Part shown: piece after piece, positions 1 to 8,869 of the stretch
Layout: every line of letters begins with the position of its first letter
How positions within the stretch are numbered: the stretch's first letter is position 1
Sequence record: NC_028899.1
Length of the DNA stretch: 64,000 nucleotides
Reading direction: 5' to 3' (one strand)
Made by a program: the position numbers and the translations under genes
The notes under the pieces: generated by a model
Database searches by the model: none
Told to the model about the DNA's origin: nothing
What the model saw: only the letters and a program-made list of their open reading frames with translations

Positions 1-97
1 CCTAGGAAAAAGGTTTTCTGGAAAAACGAAAACTGCGATTCTGTACAAAACCGGTTTTGGCAGTGATTACCACCAAATTATTGAGACTTTGTTTGCT

Positions 98-739
98 TTA
101 TTTCAAGAGATCCAGTTCGGTCAGATACCACTCGAACCAGTTCGTCTTATGTACCACGTTCAGGTCGTAGTACATTTGCAGCTTCTCGATCACAGAACGC
201 AGGAGTGTGAGTCGCAGCTCTTCTTTTCGATTGAATATCACCGGCGACAGAATTCCCTGATTGAGGGCCACAACAATCAGTTTGTTCGAAGCCGAATAAA
301 CGCTATAAGATTGATGAAGATCAACCTTGTTCGCTGCATCTTGCTTGAGGTGGTCGATGATGTACTGATTCACCAGCTTGACGCTGTATTCTTGATTGTC
401 GGTGAGTTCCGACAGTTGGTTCTTCGCATACTTATCTGCCTCATTTCCGTTCTGGCTCTGACCCGCTTCTTCCGGGAAGAACCAAAGGTAACCAAGGCTC
501 TTGGTATACCGGCGGGAACGATCGGCGATATGCGGAATCGTACCACCACACCAGAAGATGGACAAACCATCCTCGGAAAAGCGATCGAGCGCGACCAGTT
601 GCTCTTGCGTGAACCACTGGCGCATCTTCTCGAAGTTGACCAGGTCTTCGATCTTGCCTTTCTTGGCAAGTTGCTTGTAGGCCCAGTCCGGGATCACGAC
701 TACCTGGTCGCCAGGGTGAACGTTCATGAAAAAGGACAT
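98..739 (-). CDS. Conserved phiKZ-like protein next to DnaB (gp119-like position)
   Basis: 213-aa ORF from ATG 739 (MSFFMNVHPGDQ). It is divergent from dnaB, as gp119 is from gp118 in phiKZ. Identity is by synteny only. Confidence 0.55.
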   Translation of the reverse strand: MSFFMNVHPGDQVVVIPDWAYKQLAKKGKIEDLVNFEKMRQWFTQEQLVALDRFSEDGLSIFWCGGTIPHIADRSRRYTKSLGYLWFFPEEAGQSQNGNEADKYAKNQLSELTDNQEYSVKLVNQYIIDHLKQDAANKVDLHQSYSVYSASNKLIVVALNQGILSPVIFNRKEELRLTLLRSVIEKLQMYYDLNVVHKTNWFEWYLTELDLLK

Positions 740-840
740 GTTCGCGCCTTCATCCGGAGATTGAAAATAAAATAAAAAAGTTACTCGTTCTACTTTGAAC
801 GAAGCAACAAGAAAACCGACTAATTCCGCAGGTCTTACCA

Positions 841-2364
841 ATGACCCCAAGATTACTTCTTCTTAAGATCATTACGCTCTTGCATCTCGAATCCCAAATC
901 GAGGGAGAGAACGCAAGGTCTTCAGACTTAGCCACCAGCCTGCTCGCCACGGTCAAAATTCCTGAGGCCGATGTGGGCCTCATAGACAGTGAACGAGAGA
1001 TCATTGGCTCGCTCTACAACATATGTCGTAAACTCGCCAACGCCGCTCCCGGCGACGACATGGATAAGTCGGACCTCCTTCAGGAAGTTCGGCTGCACTG
1101 CGGCACAGAGATCGATCTGTTCGAGTCCTTCAAAGAAGGAATCATTCTCGAACTATCACAAGATGGTCTCAAAAAGCGTGTTGGCCATATTCGTAAAGAG
1201 CTTAAAGGTTATCTTCATTACGAAGGAACCAAGAAGCGAATTATGGATGCGGCCCACATGCTGCGTTTCAAAGAGAATTCGATCGAGGACATGGATGCGT
1301 ATCTCCGTGAATTCTCAACTGATATCGAATCGTCGCTGAGTAAATCGAGTAAGCAGGATGAAGCGATTCTCGGCACGATCGACATGCAGGATAAAGATAC
1401 GGTCGTCAAAGCTGCTTGTGCAGTGTCAGATGAGCAATCGGGTGCCGGTAAGCTCAAGACGCATTTGCAAGATCTGAATGACATGATGAATGGCGGCATG
1501 CGCCGCGGTGAATTCATCTGTACGTCGGCTCTGCCACACAACAACAAGACCGGTTTCTCGTTGGACATCTTTGCAGGTGTCGCAGTCAACAACGATCCGT
1601 ATCTGTTCGACGCGAAAAAGAAACCTCTGTTGCTTCGTATCTCGTTCGAAGATGACGTTGAAATGAACTTCAACCACCTCTATAAACACTTCTGGGAACA
1701 GGAGCATGGTGAGGTGGCAGTCATGGTCGGTAAGTCGGAAGACGAAATCGCCCAATACGTCATGGACAAGATGACAGCGCGCGGCTGGCACGTCCGTATG
1801 TACAAGGTCGATCCTTCGTTGTGGTCGATCTTCGATCTGTTTGCATTTGTGCGTGATCTGGAATCGCAGGGTTATGAAATTGCTCTGTGTATGCTCGACT
1901 ACATGCGCAAGATGCCTACTACGGGTTGCGTACAAGGCATTGCAGGGGCTGACGTGCGTGACATGGCTCGTCGTTGCCGTAACTTCTTCAACGCCCGTAA
2001 AACGGCGTTTTACACTCCGCACCAGATCTCGACTCAGGCCAAGGAAATCCAACGCTCGGTTCCGAAAGACTTCGTCAAGATGCTGCCGGGTGGTGGTTAC
2101 TACGACGGCTGTAAGAGTCTGGATGCCGAAATCGATCTGGAAATCTTCCAGCACATCGAGAAGCATAACGGCCATTCGTATTTGACGCTGCAGCGCGGCA
2201 AGCATCGTAACGCTCCGATTCTGCCGGAAGATCAGAAGTACCTCGTCTACCAATTCTACGACATCGGCGGCATTCCTCCGGACATCGGTGGGGAACGCAG
2301 CGGTCTGCGTAAGGTTGGTGGCAAGCGTGCATCGGAAGCTGAAACTGACTTCGACTGGCTGTAA
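841..2364 (+). CDS. dnaB: DnaB-like replicative helicase (phiKZ gp118 type)
   Basis: 507 aa. SF4 motifs: 'GGMRRGEFICTSALPHNNKTG' (variant Walker A), 'LRISFED', 'LCMLDYM' (Walker B), 'TPHQIS', 'QRGKHR'. Confidence 0.85.
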   Translation: MTPRLLLLKIITLLHLESQIEGENARSSDLATSLLATVKIPEADVGLIDSEREIIGSLYNICRKLANAAPGDDMDKSDLLQEVRLHCGTEIDLFESFKEGIILELSQDGLKKRVGHIRKELKGYLHYEGTKKRIMDAAHMLRFKENSIEDMDAYLREFSTDIESSLSKSSKQDEAILGTIDMQDKDTVVKAACAVSDEQSGAGKLKTHLQDLNDMMNGGMRRGEFICTSALPHNNKTGFSLDIFAGVAVNNDPYLFDAKKKPLLLRISFEDDVEMNFNHLYKHFWEQEHGEVAVMVGKSEDEIAQYVMDKMTARGWHVRMYKVDPSLWSIFDLFAFVRDLESQGYEIALCMLDYMRKMPTTGCVQGIAGADVRDMARRCRNFFNARKTAFYTPHQISTQAKEIQRSVPKDFVKMLPGGGYYDGCKSLDAEIDLEIFQHIEKHNGHSYLTLQRGKHRNAPILPEDQKYLVYQFYDIGGIPPDIGGERSGLRKVGGKRASEAETDFDWL

Positions 2365-2382
2365 AAAGCAAAAAAAAAATAA

Positions 2383-2415
2383 GAGTCCCTACTCCCGAAA
2401 GGGAGTAGGGTGCTC
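2383..2415. terminator. Intrinsic terminator between convergent genes
   Basis: CCCTACTCCC-GAAA-GGGAGTAGGG stem with an A-tract on its left (U-tract for minus-strand transcripts). Confidence 0.85.
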
Positions 2416-2420
2416 TGACT

Positions 2421-2729
2421 TTATGCCGGCATCAGCTCAGGCTTGAGTTCTATGACCAGATCCGAAAAGTCACGGGTCAGCACATACGACTCATCCGCTC
2501 TTTGCTCGACGATGTCCAGCGCCTTCAAGACCGACAAGGTGAGTTCCACACTCAGGCCAGACAGGCACTTTGCGAGGTACTCAGACTTGATGTCTTTCAG
2601 CATTGGTCCTTTGCCAAACATAATGATGCGAATGCATCGCAGCCTGTCGTCGTTCAGGTCAACCGAATGACCGTACTTGATTGCAAGCTCTGCTAGTCGA
2701 CGGACTTCGGGATCATGCTTGTTCAGCAT
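2421..2729 (-). CDS. Winged-helix-like small protein (array member 7)
   Basis: 102 aa. 'LTLSVLKALDIVEQRADESYVLTRDFSDLVIE' reads as recognition helix plus wing. Confidence 0.6.
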   Translation of the reverse strand: MLNKHDPEVRRLAELAIKYGHSVDLNDDRLRCIRIIMFGKGPMLKDIKSEYLAKCLSGLSVELTLSVLKALDIVEQRADESYVLTRDFSDLVIELKPELMPA

Positions 2730-3102
2730 TGTCCGTTTCCTCTTTCGGCTTGGAGAACTCCACGATGATTTCCATCATGGAGTCGGTCAGGACGTAGCCC
2801 TTGTTCGTCGGATGAACCACGCCGGAGACGTGCAGCTGGAGCATCACGTCTTTGATGTTTTCGTACGGCATGTAGACCCGACCCTCACGCACTTTCTTGA
2901 GCATGAGGTTTTCGTTGATCGGCCCGTTATCGTTCTTGTAAAGCGTACGGACCACGAAGCCAGACACCGTGATGTTGGCATGGCCGTCGGGCAGGTGCAG
3001 GTTTTCAGCGATGGACTCTTCGGACTTGAAGCACGCCATTGCCATGGACTGGATACGACGGAAGCCCTTACCGTTTTTGTCGATTTTTAACATTTTTAAC
3101 AC
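2713..3102 (-). CDS. Winged-helix-like small protein (array member 6)
   Basis: 129 aa. 'NIKDVMLQLHVSGVVHPTNKGYVLTDSMMEIIVE'. Confidence 0.65.
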   Translation of the reverse strand: MLKMLKIDKNGKGFRRIQSMAMACFKSEESIAENLHLPDGHANITVSGFVVRTLYKNDNGPINENLMLKKVREGRVYMPYENIKDVMLQLHVSGVVHPTNKGYVLTDSMMEIIVEFSKPKEETDNAEQA

Positions 3103-3421
3103 TGACCTCTAAAATGAGTTCTTTAATTTCCGGTGTCAAGCTGTAAAGATTGACCGGATGCGAGTCCACCACACCATTTTCTATCAGATAGCGAAAAGCT
3201 TTCTTGATGTTGTAATCGGTGGCAGTTGCAAACTTATCTTTGCGAATATCACGCCCAAGATCGAAACAGTTATGTTTCTTATTGGGATCGACCAACATCC
3301 TCCTCACAAGCAGGATGTCTAAGCCTACTGGAACTACGCCTTCATCTGGAGCAAGGGTTGCAAGCTCACGCATGCGGACATTGCTCTTATCGAGTTTGGG
3401 TTTTTCGTTCAGCGTCGACAT
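3068..3421 (-). CDS. Winged-helix-like small protein (array member 5)
   Basis: GAGGAG RBS. 'NIKKAFRYLIENGVVDSHPVNLYSLTPEIKELILE'. Confidence 0.7.
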   Translation of the reverse strand: MSTLNEKPKLDKSNVRMRELATLAPDEGVVPVGLDILLVRRMLVDPNKKHNCFDLGRDIRKDKFATATDYNIKKAFRYLIENGVVDSHPVNLYSLTPEIKELILEVSVKNVKNRQKR

Positions 3422-3430
3422 CACTACTCC

Positions 3431-3763
3431 TCAGTGATAGGTTGCTTCATTCTTGATACTTTCGAACACAACCCGCATTTCGGGATGCACTCGATAAAAC
3501 ACGCACGGCAGTTCCGTCTTCGTGGCGAAGATGCCATGCAGCAACATGTCGCGCAGCACATCCTCGACCATCTGGAGCGTATGCTTGCTGTCGTTTTGGT
3601 AGACCGTTCTGGCGATCCATTCCAACGTCAGCTGATAACCTTCCGGCATCAGAATGAAGTGATGGAAGATTCGCATCTTCGCATCCCAGTGCGGCTCGGG
3701 TTCTTTTGCAACGATGACTTTTTCGGCCAACTGGGTACGCCAGATTTGTTTTGCGCTCAGCAT
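3431..3763 (-). CDS. Winged-helix-like small protein (array member 4)
   Basis: 110 aa. 'LTLEWIARTV...MVEDVLRDMLLHGIFATKTELPCVFYRVHPEMRVVFE'. Confidence 0.65.
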   Translation of the reverse strand: MLSAKQIWRTQLAEKVIVAKEPEPHWDAKMRIFHHFILMPEGYQLTLEWIARTVYQNDSKHTLQMVEDVLRDMLLHGIFATKTELPCVFYRVHPEMRVVFESIKNEATYH

Positions 3764-3772
3764 TTCCGGTCC

Positions 3773-4321
3773 TTATTCAAAAGCCTTCTGTTGTTTGAGG
3801 ATGGTGTAAAGATCCATAGCTTCCTTCTTGGTCAGCTTGGACACACCAACATAGATGTGTTCGAGATCTTTCTGAGTCTCGAACAACCACAAAACGTTCT
3901 TGTAAAACTGATACAGGTCTTGAAGCGCAACCTTGTTGCCTTTGACCTGGATGTCCGTCGAGAACAGAAGATGTTTTCCACGCTCACCAGTATAGGTCGA
4001 CATCAAAGACACGAATTCCAGCGTCGGTTGATACCGTATCTGCTGTTCGCCTGAGGCATCAGCGAGAGGTGTCCACTGACTCAAGACAGATGCCTGTAGG
4101 AGATCGCTGATAGCCGTTTCAATCTCCGTTGTGGAAAAGTTGGTCTTACCGCGAATCTTTTCCAAGACTCGAATCTTCGCATGTCCTTCTGGAAATCTGC
4201 TGGGCTCACAGACTACTTGAACAACGCATTCCTCAACCGTCAGATCCTGGCCTAGTTTCACCGGCGCGCAGGCGACTGCAGCTAGTTTCAGAATGGTTTT
4301 GTTGAATTTATCGAGTGCCAT
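3773..4321 (-). CDS. Winged-helix-like protein with C-terminal KG module (array member 3)
   Basis: 182 aa. 'EIETAISDLLQASVLSQW...IRYQPTLEFVSLM', then C-terminal 'IQVKGNKVALQDLYQFY'. Confidence 0.6.
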   Translation of the reverse strand: MALDKFNKTILKLAAVACAPVKLGQDLTVEECVVQVVCEPSRFPEGHAKIRVLEKIRGKTNFSTTEIETAISDLLQASVLSQWTPLADASGEQQIRYQPTLEFVSLMSTYTGERGKHLLFSTDIQVKGNKVALQDLYQFYKNVLWLFETQKDLEHIYVGVSKLTKKEAMDLYTILKQQKAFE

Positions 4322-4354
4322 TTTTGCTCCAATAAAAGGAATTTTGAATTAGTG

Positions 4355-4996
4355 TTACGGAACGAACTTGGCGAGGCTGGACTTGACTTTACCCACGAAG
4401 TCTTTCGTGATTTCAAGCTTCTCGATTTCGTCGAGCGCCTCGTTCAGTTCAGTGATAGTCATCTCGTGCCCCTTGACTTTGTACGACACTTCGATGAACG
4501 ACTTCAGAGGCGTGAAGAACAAAAGACAAGATGCTTTCTCGTAGAAGTCCAACATTTCGTCCATCGTCAGTAACAGACCCTTGTGCTCGAAAACCACCGG
4601 ATCAACACGTCGAGCATATTGCCGATGATTCGCATCTCGCCAATCGACATTGTCTTCCGGTTTCAGGCAGAAGCTGTCAGAGAACTTGGACAGCCTGATG
4701 TCGGAGTGAAGATTCTTGAACACATCGTTCAGCCAATACTTCGTGCGGTTGTTGGGCGTTTGCGCCGACTTCAGAATGCCGTGGCGAGCTAGGTTCTTGG
4801 CTTCCTTACCAACGGTCGTCTGATGCACGTTCTTCAGCAGTCCCGCGATGTCTTTCGGGAACAGCTGGAATTCCGTACCAGCATTGTCCATGAATGCCTG
4901 GACGATACGAGCAGCCAGCGAGCTCGAAATGGTTTTGTCATGTGCGACCATGCCAGCTGCGAGAATGTACGGGTAGGAATTATTATCGGTCTTCAT
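4355..4996 (-). CDS. Winged-helix-like protein with duplicated KG module (array member 2)
   Basis: 213 aa. 'LFPKDIAGLLKNVHQTTVGKEAKNLARHGILKSAQTPNNRTKYWLN', plus 'FEHKGLLLTMDEMLDFY' and 'YKVKGHEMTITELNEAL'. Confidence 0.7.
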   Translation of the reverse strand: MKTDNNSYPYILAAGMVAHDKTISSSLAARIVQAFMDNAGTEFQLFPKDIAGLLKNVHQTTVGKEAKNLARHGILKSAQTPNNRTKYWLNDVFKNLHSDIRLSKFSDSFCLKPEDNVDWRDANHRQYARRVDPVVFEHKGLLLTMDEMLDFYEKASCLLFFTPLKSFIEVSYKVKGHEMTITELNEALDEIEKLEITKDFVGKVKSSLAKFVP

Positions 4997-5045
4997 TTTG
5001 TAGCTCCGTGAAAAGAATTGTAAAAGTTACAACAGGGATTCACGA

Positions 5046-5056
5046 GAATTATATAT
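5046..5056 (-). promoter_or_regulatory. Candidate early-type promoter driving the wHTH operon
   Basis: Minus strand reads TATATAATTC, a variant of TATATTAC, about 50 nt upstream of ATG 4996. Confidence 0.45.
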
Positions 5057-5071
5057 TCGTGAAATAAACTG

Positions 5072-5108
5072 CATAGCACTACACTCTGGCTCACGCCAGA
5101 GTGTAGTG
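5072..5108 (-). terminator. Hairpin + TATG element
   Basis: 14-bp stem CACTACACTCTGGC/GCCAGAGTGTAGTG, GTGA loop on minus, immediately followed by CTATG on minus. Confidence 0.75.
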
Positions 5109-5115
5109 GAGCGCA

Positions 5116-5436
5116 TTATGCTGCGATTTTAAAATTGCAAATCCGGTCGATCTCCAGTCGCGTACGCAAACGCAGACGCGACTCTTTGTGAAGACGAATG
5201 TGATTGATGGAGAAGATACGACGATCCACCAGATAACCTTCGGGCTTCACAAAGCGACTTTTCAGATAACCCCGTTGTTCGAGTGCTTCCAGGACATCCA
5301 TGAGACCATCTGCGAGTAGTTTCCCCTGTGCATCGCGGATCATGTCCGAAGAAGTTTTCTCGACCCCGTAAGGAGCCAACAGAAGACTCATTACCAGCTC
5401 TTCCCGCCCCGTCAATTGATTTTGGTCTTGTTTCAT
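5116..5436 (-). CDS. PadR/BlaI-like winged-helix protein (array member 1)
   Basis: 106 aa. 'LTGREELVMSLL...LMDVLEALEQRGYLKSRFVKPEGYLVDRRIFSIN'. Confidence 0.7.
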   Translation of the reverse strand: MKQDQNQLTGREELVMSLLLAPYGVEKTSSDMIRDAQGKLLADGLMDVLEALEQRGYLKSRFVKPEGYLVDRRIFSINHIRLHKESRLRLRTRLEIDRICNFKIAA

Positions 5437-5459
5437 TTTAAAAAGGTCTCTTATTCTCG

Positions 5460-5642
5460 TTATGCGACCCGTGCCGTGTTGTTCATGCTCTTCTGGTCAC
5501 CGTGCCGGTTATGGCTGGTGAGACCATTGGGATGCATGTCGGATTTCTCCGCTTGTTTCATGTCCTGCCTGACCGCAGGGCTCAATGGGTTTTCGGCTTT
5601 GAAGCCGCCCCATTTCGTGGTGCCGTTTCCGGTTGATTCCAT
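5460..5642 (-). CDS. Small hydrophilic hypothetical protein
   Basis: 60-aa ORF co-oriented with its neighbours and filling the gap between them. Confidence 0.45.
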   Translation of the reverse strand: MESTGNGTTKWGGFKAENPLSPAVRQDMKQAEKSDMHPNGLTSHNRHGDQKSMNNTARVA

Positions 5643-5728
5643 TTTTGTACCCGTCCTTACTGGTGAAAAACCACAGGATCAGTCCAAAAAAAAATAGTAG
5701 TCCGCCCCCGCAGGAGCGGACACAACAG

Positions 5729-5887
5729 TTACTTGTTCTTTTTACCCTTCGCCTTATCTGTGGTAAGGCGTTTATCTTCATCCATCAGCTTGCGTGCCTG
5801 CTCGGTCGTCATGTGATGTCGTTTGGCGATATCCGGGTTGTGGGCCGCGGCTTGAAAAAGCTTTCTCTGCTTTTCGTTGTACGGCAT
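5729..5887 (-). CDS. Small basic phage protein (MPYNEKQRKLFQAAAHNPDIAKR family)
   Basis: 52 aa from ATG 5887 with a GAGGAGG RBS. The 'KQ..LF.AAAHNP..AK' pattern is familiar from small phage proteins. Confidence 0.7.
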   Translation of the reverse strand: MPYNEKQRKLFQAAAHNPDIAKRHHMTTEQARKLMDEDKRLTTDKAKGKKNK

Positions 5888-5978
5888 GGTACACCTCCTC
5901 AGTTGTAAAGAAAAAAGTGACCGAAAGCCTCCAAGCCTTCGGTCACACAAATGCCGACCTAAGGGGTCGACAGCCTCG

Positions 5979-6530
5979 TTACTTCTTCTTGACCTTGGGC
6001 TCGAAAGCCAGATCGAGTTCCTCGGTCCAGTTGTCCTTGATGAACTGCTTGGCGTACTGCTTGTCCCAAATCAGGACGTGTTCACGACGACACTTGGCGT
6101 ACTTGCAATACATGTCGACCGATGCTTCGATGGTGTCCGTCAATCGCACACACATCGCCATCATAGCTTCCAGGTGATCGTAAGGACTCACAATAGCAAA
6201 GCCGTGTTTGCCAGTCAGAAGAGGCATCGAGCCAATCTTCTTGGTAACGACTTTCACGCGATTGAACTGGATGCCAGCCGGAACGTCCGCGAGCAACACG
6301 CCTTTCACGCCGGGAGCGATCGTGAGTTCGTCCACATCCGCTGCATTGAACATGCGGGACGGATTGAGCATCGGAATGGCTTGCAGGCCATGGTCGACGA
6401 CAGGCAGGAAAAGACCATACGGCGTGATCAGATCAGCCAGGTCGAAGCCGTTGTACGAATCGTCACCGAAGCAGCCCGGATACATCGAGAACGCGATCTT
6501 CTCGCCGCGGATCAGGATGATGTTGTTCAT
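5979..6530 (-). CDS. Hypothetical protein, possible degenerate Ntn-fold partner of the upstream gene
   Basis: 183 aa from ATG 6530 (MNNIILIRGEKIAF). ATGA overlap with the upstream stop codon. Confidence 0.6.
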   Translation of the reverse strand: MNNIILIRGEKIAFSMYPGCFGDDSYNGFDLADLITPYGLFLPVVDHGLQAIPMLNPSRMFNAADVDELTIAPGVKGVLLADVPAGIQFNRVKVVTKKIGSMPLLTGKHGFAIVSPYDHLEAMMAMCVRLTDTIEASVDMYCKYAKCRREHVLIWDKQYAKQFIKDNWTEELDLAFEPKVKKK

Positions 6531-7096
6531 TTGAATGCCATCCTTTTCAGTTGGTGACGATGGAAGATGCTGTACTCGCGCGAGACAGAATAAATCACAT
6601 CCGACACGAGCGGTACGACCTGTTCCATGGGAACGTTTTCGCTTGCCGCAATGAATGCGGCGTAAGCGCCGGTGCCGTAGCATGCCGGAATGGAAGAGTC
6701 GAAACGCGTAAGCGAATGCGCCTGCTTACTCGCACCACGCGGCCGGAACGTTTCGTTGCGATCGTACATGCCGCCGATCAGGTGTGCGAAGTAGTTCGAC
6801 TGCTTCGTCATTACCATAAAGTTCAGCTGGCTGCGTTCGTCGAACCAGTCCTGATGTTCCAGTTCCAGGGAATGCTTTTCGCCACGTGCAACGCGGAAGG
6901 TCTGGCGAATGATCTCTTCCAGTAGTTTCTTCTCGTCGTCGGTCAGCGTGGGACCGACAGACGCGAAAGCAAAAGTCTTGTCAGCCGATACGTGGATCTT
7001 TTTCGTCAGCACCGTTTGACCCACAGCGTGCGGCGCAGTCAGTACGCAACATTGATCAGCAATGAGCGTATCTTTGTATAAAACAATCAGCGACAT
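6527..7096 (-). CDS. Proteasome-beta/HslV-like Ntn-hydrolase-fold protein
   Basis: 189 aa with a GGAG RBS. N-terminus 'SLIVLYKDTLIAD', 'TKKIHV' and 'YGTGAYAA' parallel T1/D17/K33/GSG of beta subunits. Confidence 0.6.
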   Translation of the reverse strand: MSLIVLYKDTLIADQCCVLTAPHAVGQTVLTKKIHVSADKTFAFASVGPTLTDDEKKLLEEIIRQTFRVARGEKHSLELEHQDWFDERSQLNFMVMTKQSNYFAHLIGGMYDRNETFRPRGASKQAHSLTRFDSSIPACYGTGAYAAFIAASENVPMEQVVPLVSDVIYSVSREYSIFHRHQLKRMAFK

Positions 7097-7107
7097 AAAG
7101 GCTCCGT

Positions 7108-7135
7108 GACAGTAGAGGCGTGAGCCTCTACTGTC
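7108..7135. terminator. Intergenic hairpin
   Basis: GACAGTAGAGGC-GTGA-GCCTCTACTGTC. Confidence 0.7.
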
Positions 7136-7165
7136 GATGGTTCTACGTTTTAAAAGGAAGCTGGA

Positions 7166-7450
7166 TTACCAGCGTTCGCCCTTCTCGATCGAGCAGCCGG
7201 CCGGCGAATTGCCCTGGCGGCGGCCTGCGGTCGAACCGGACTTCTTCGCAGCGGGCAGTTGCACGACGACGTTGTCGTCGATCACGCCGAATTCGACGCT
7301 GTCGCCGAGCTTGAGCTTCGAGGAGATCGCTTCGACTGCCGGGCCTTCCAGCGTCGTCGGACCGTTGCTGTGCGAGACGATGATGGAGCTCTTCGAGATC
7401 GATTCGACGGTGCCCGTTGCGAGGGGATTCGATTGTGCAGCTTGCGTCAT
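7166..7450 (-). CDS. Small beta-rich (OB-fold-like) protein
   Basis: 94 aa from ATG 7450. 'ATGTVESISKSSIIV...LKLGDSVEFGV'. GC3-rich codons. Confidence 0.55.
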   Translation of the reverse strand: MTQAAQSNPLATGTVESISKSSIIVSHSNGPTTLEGPAVEAISSKLKLGDSVEFGVIDDNVVVQLPAAKKSGSTAGRRQGNSPAGCSIEKGERW

Positions 7451-7522
7451 GACTTCTTGTCCTTGTGACAGAGTTGTGAAAGGGACTGCGGGTACTACAA
7501 AATACAAGTGGCCGATCAAAAA

Positions 7523-8785
7523 TTACTGCTTGTTGGCCAACCGGATCTGCGTGGGTTTTTCCTTGTTGTCGACTTCGATCACGTCCCCGAACTCCAAGAA
7601 GGAAATGATCTTTTCGACCAGGTCGCCCGTGTGGCTCTGGATGAAACCGTCGTAATCGACGACGATTCGAATCGGCGAACTGACGCTGATGCCCGTGACC
7701 TTGCCGCGATGCCAGACGGTTTCTTCCTGAACGTTGACGTTAACGGGAGCCGGCATGGCATTGGCTTCGTCCACCAGCTTCGACGCAACGGCACGGGAAG
7801 ACAACAGATCGGCAATGCCCCCGGTCTTTTCTTCATCCGGGATTCCGGATTCGAGCAGATACGAGCAGAGCTCGACCTTCAGACCCGTGATCTTCTTTTG
7901 GCGATCGGGATCGGTGGCAGAGATGTTGAACATCTCGTCGCGCACGTAGGTGTCGATTGCCTGCTTGACCATGCGAACACGATCGTGGCCTTGAATCTCG
8001 GAATGCAGAGCATCGACGCGTTCCATCGGCTGTTCAGTACGGAAACGATAGTTGCCCGAAACCTTGTCCTTGTAAATGAGATCCGGGACCAGATTTCGTT
8101 CACATACGCGAACCGTTGCGCCGATACACAGTTCCTGGAACTCGACTTCCCACGGCCGATCCTGGCGACCGGATTCGTATTCCTCCTGATTCCAGGTAAC
8201 TGGGATACCCAGCGTCTTCAGCTTTTCGCAGATGATGCCGCACAGTGCTGATTTACCCACGCCAGTACGACCCTCTACGACGACACGAATGTCACCGCCA
8301 TTCAGATAGTCGCGAGGAATGTCCGTACGGCCGAGGACTGCCAGCACCCATGCCGCAGCGCCGTCCCACACGATGCGCGCGTTCTTCGTGTCGTAGTGAC
8401 CATACTCGTTCGGGTAATTCGGATGGTCCGCTTCGTAGCGCTGCACGTCCTTGATGAACGGCTGCTTACGAGCAAACGCTTCGAATGCCTTGTTATCGTC
8501 GACGACGACATCCGGCCCCATGTGAACGAGACCGTTCTGCCACTGATACGGTTCGACCTTGACGCCGTATTCCTTGCAGAGTTCGCGGGCGCGCTTGATT
8601 GCATCTGCTTCGGTCTTGCAATCCTTGCTGTGGATCGCCATGCCGTTCTCGTGACGCAGATACACGCCATAGCCGTCGGTGTCCGCATCGGCACCGTCGA
8701 ACTGTACTTCGATCGAACCGTTTTCGAGTTCTTCGAACGGCGCGATTTGAATTGCGATAACTACGCCCAGATCTTTTTCCGACAT
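7523..8785 (-). CDS. Mosaic multi-domain hypothetical protein with an isolated P-loop segment
   Basis: 420 aa. 'VVVEGRTGVGKSAL' Walker A with no evident Walker B, flanked by small modules. Confidence 0.75.
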   Translation of the reverse strand: MSEKDLGVVIAIQIAPFEELENGSIEVQFDGADADTDGYGVYLRHENGMAIHSKDCKTEADAIKRARELCKEYGVKVEPYQWQNGLVHMGPDVVVDDNKAFEAFARKQPFIKDVQRYEADHPNYPNEYGHYDTKNARIVWDGAAAWVLAVLGRTDIPRDYLNGGDIRVVVEGRTGVGKSALCGIICEKLKTLGIPVTWNQEEYESGRQDRPWEVEFQELCIGATVRVCERNLVPDLIYKDKVSGNYRFRTEQPMERVDALHSEIQGHDRVRMVKQAIDTYVRDEMFNISATDPDRQKKITGLKVELCSYLLESGIPDEEKTGGIADLLSSRAVASKLVDEANAMPAPVNVNVQEETVWHRGKVTGISVSSPIRIVVDYDGFIQSHTGDLVEKIISFLEFGDVIEVDNKEKPTQIRLANKQ

Positions 8786-8814
8786 GTTGTAACCTTTTTA
8801 AAAGAGCTATAGAT

Positions 8815-8844
8815 ATACACAGATGCCCTAGGGCATCTGTGTAT
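8815..8844. terminator. Palindromic hairpin
   Basis: ATACACAGATGCCCTAGGGCATCTGTGTAT. Confidence 0.7.
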
Positions 8845-8869
8845 TCAAACGACATGTTTAGTCGTTGGT

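Noticed and set aside
1500-1560. Non-canonical Walker A (ALPHNNKT) in the helicase
   Set aside because: As I recall, this variant is typical of phiKZ-type DnaB, so it is not novel or a sign of inactivation.
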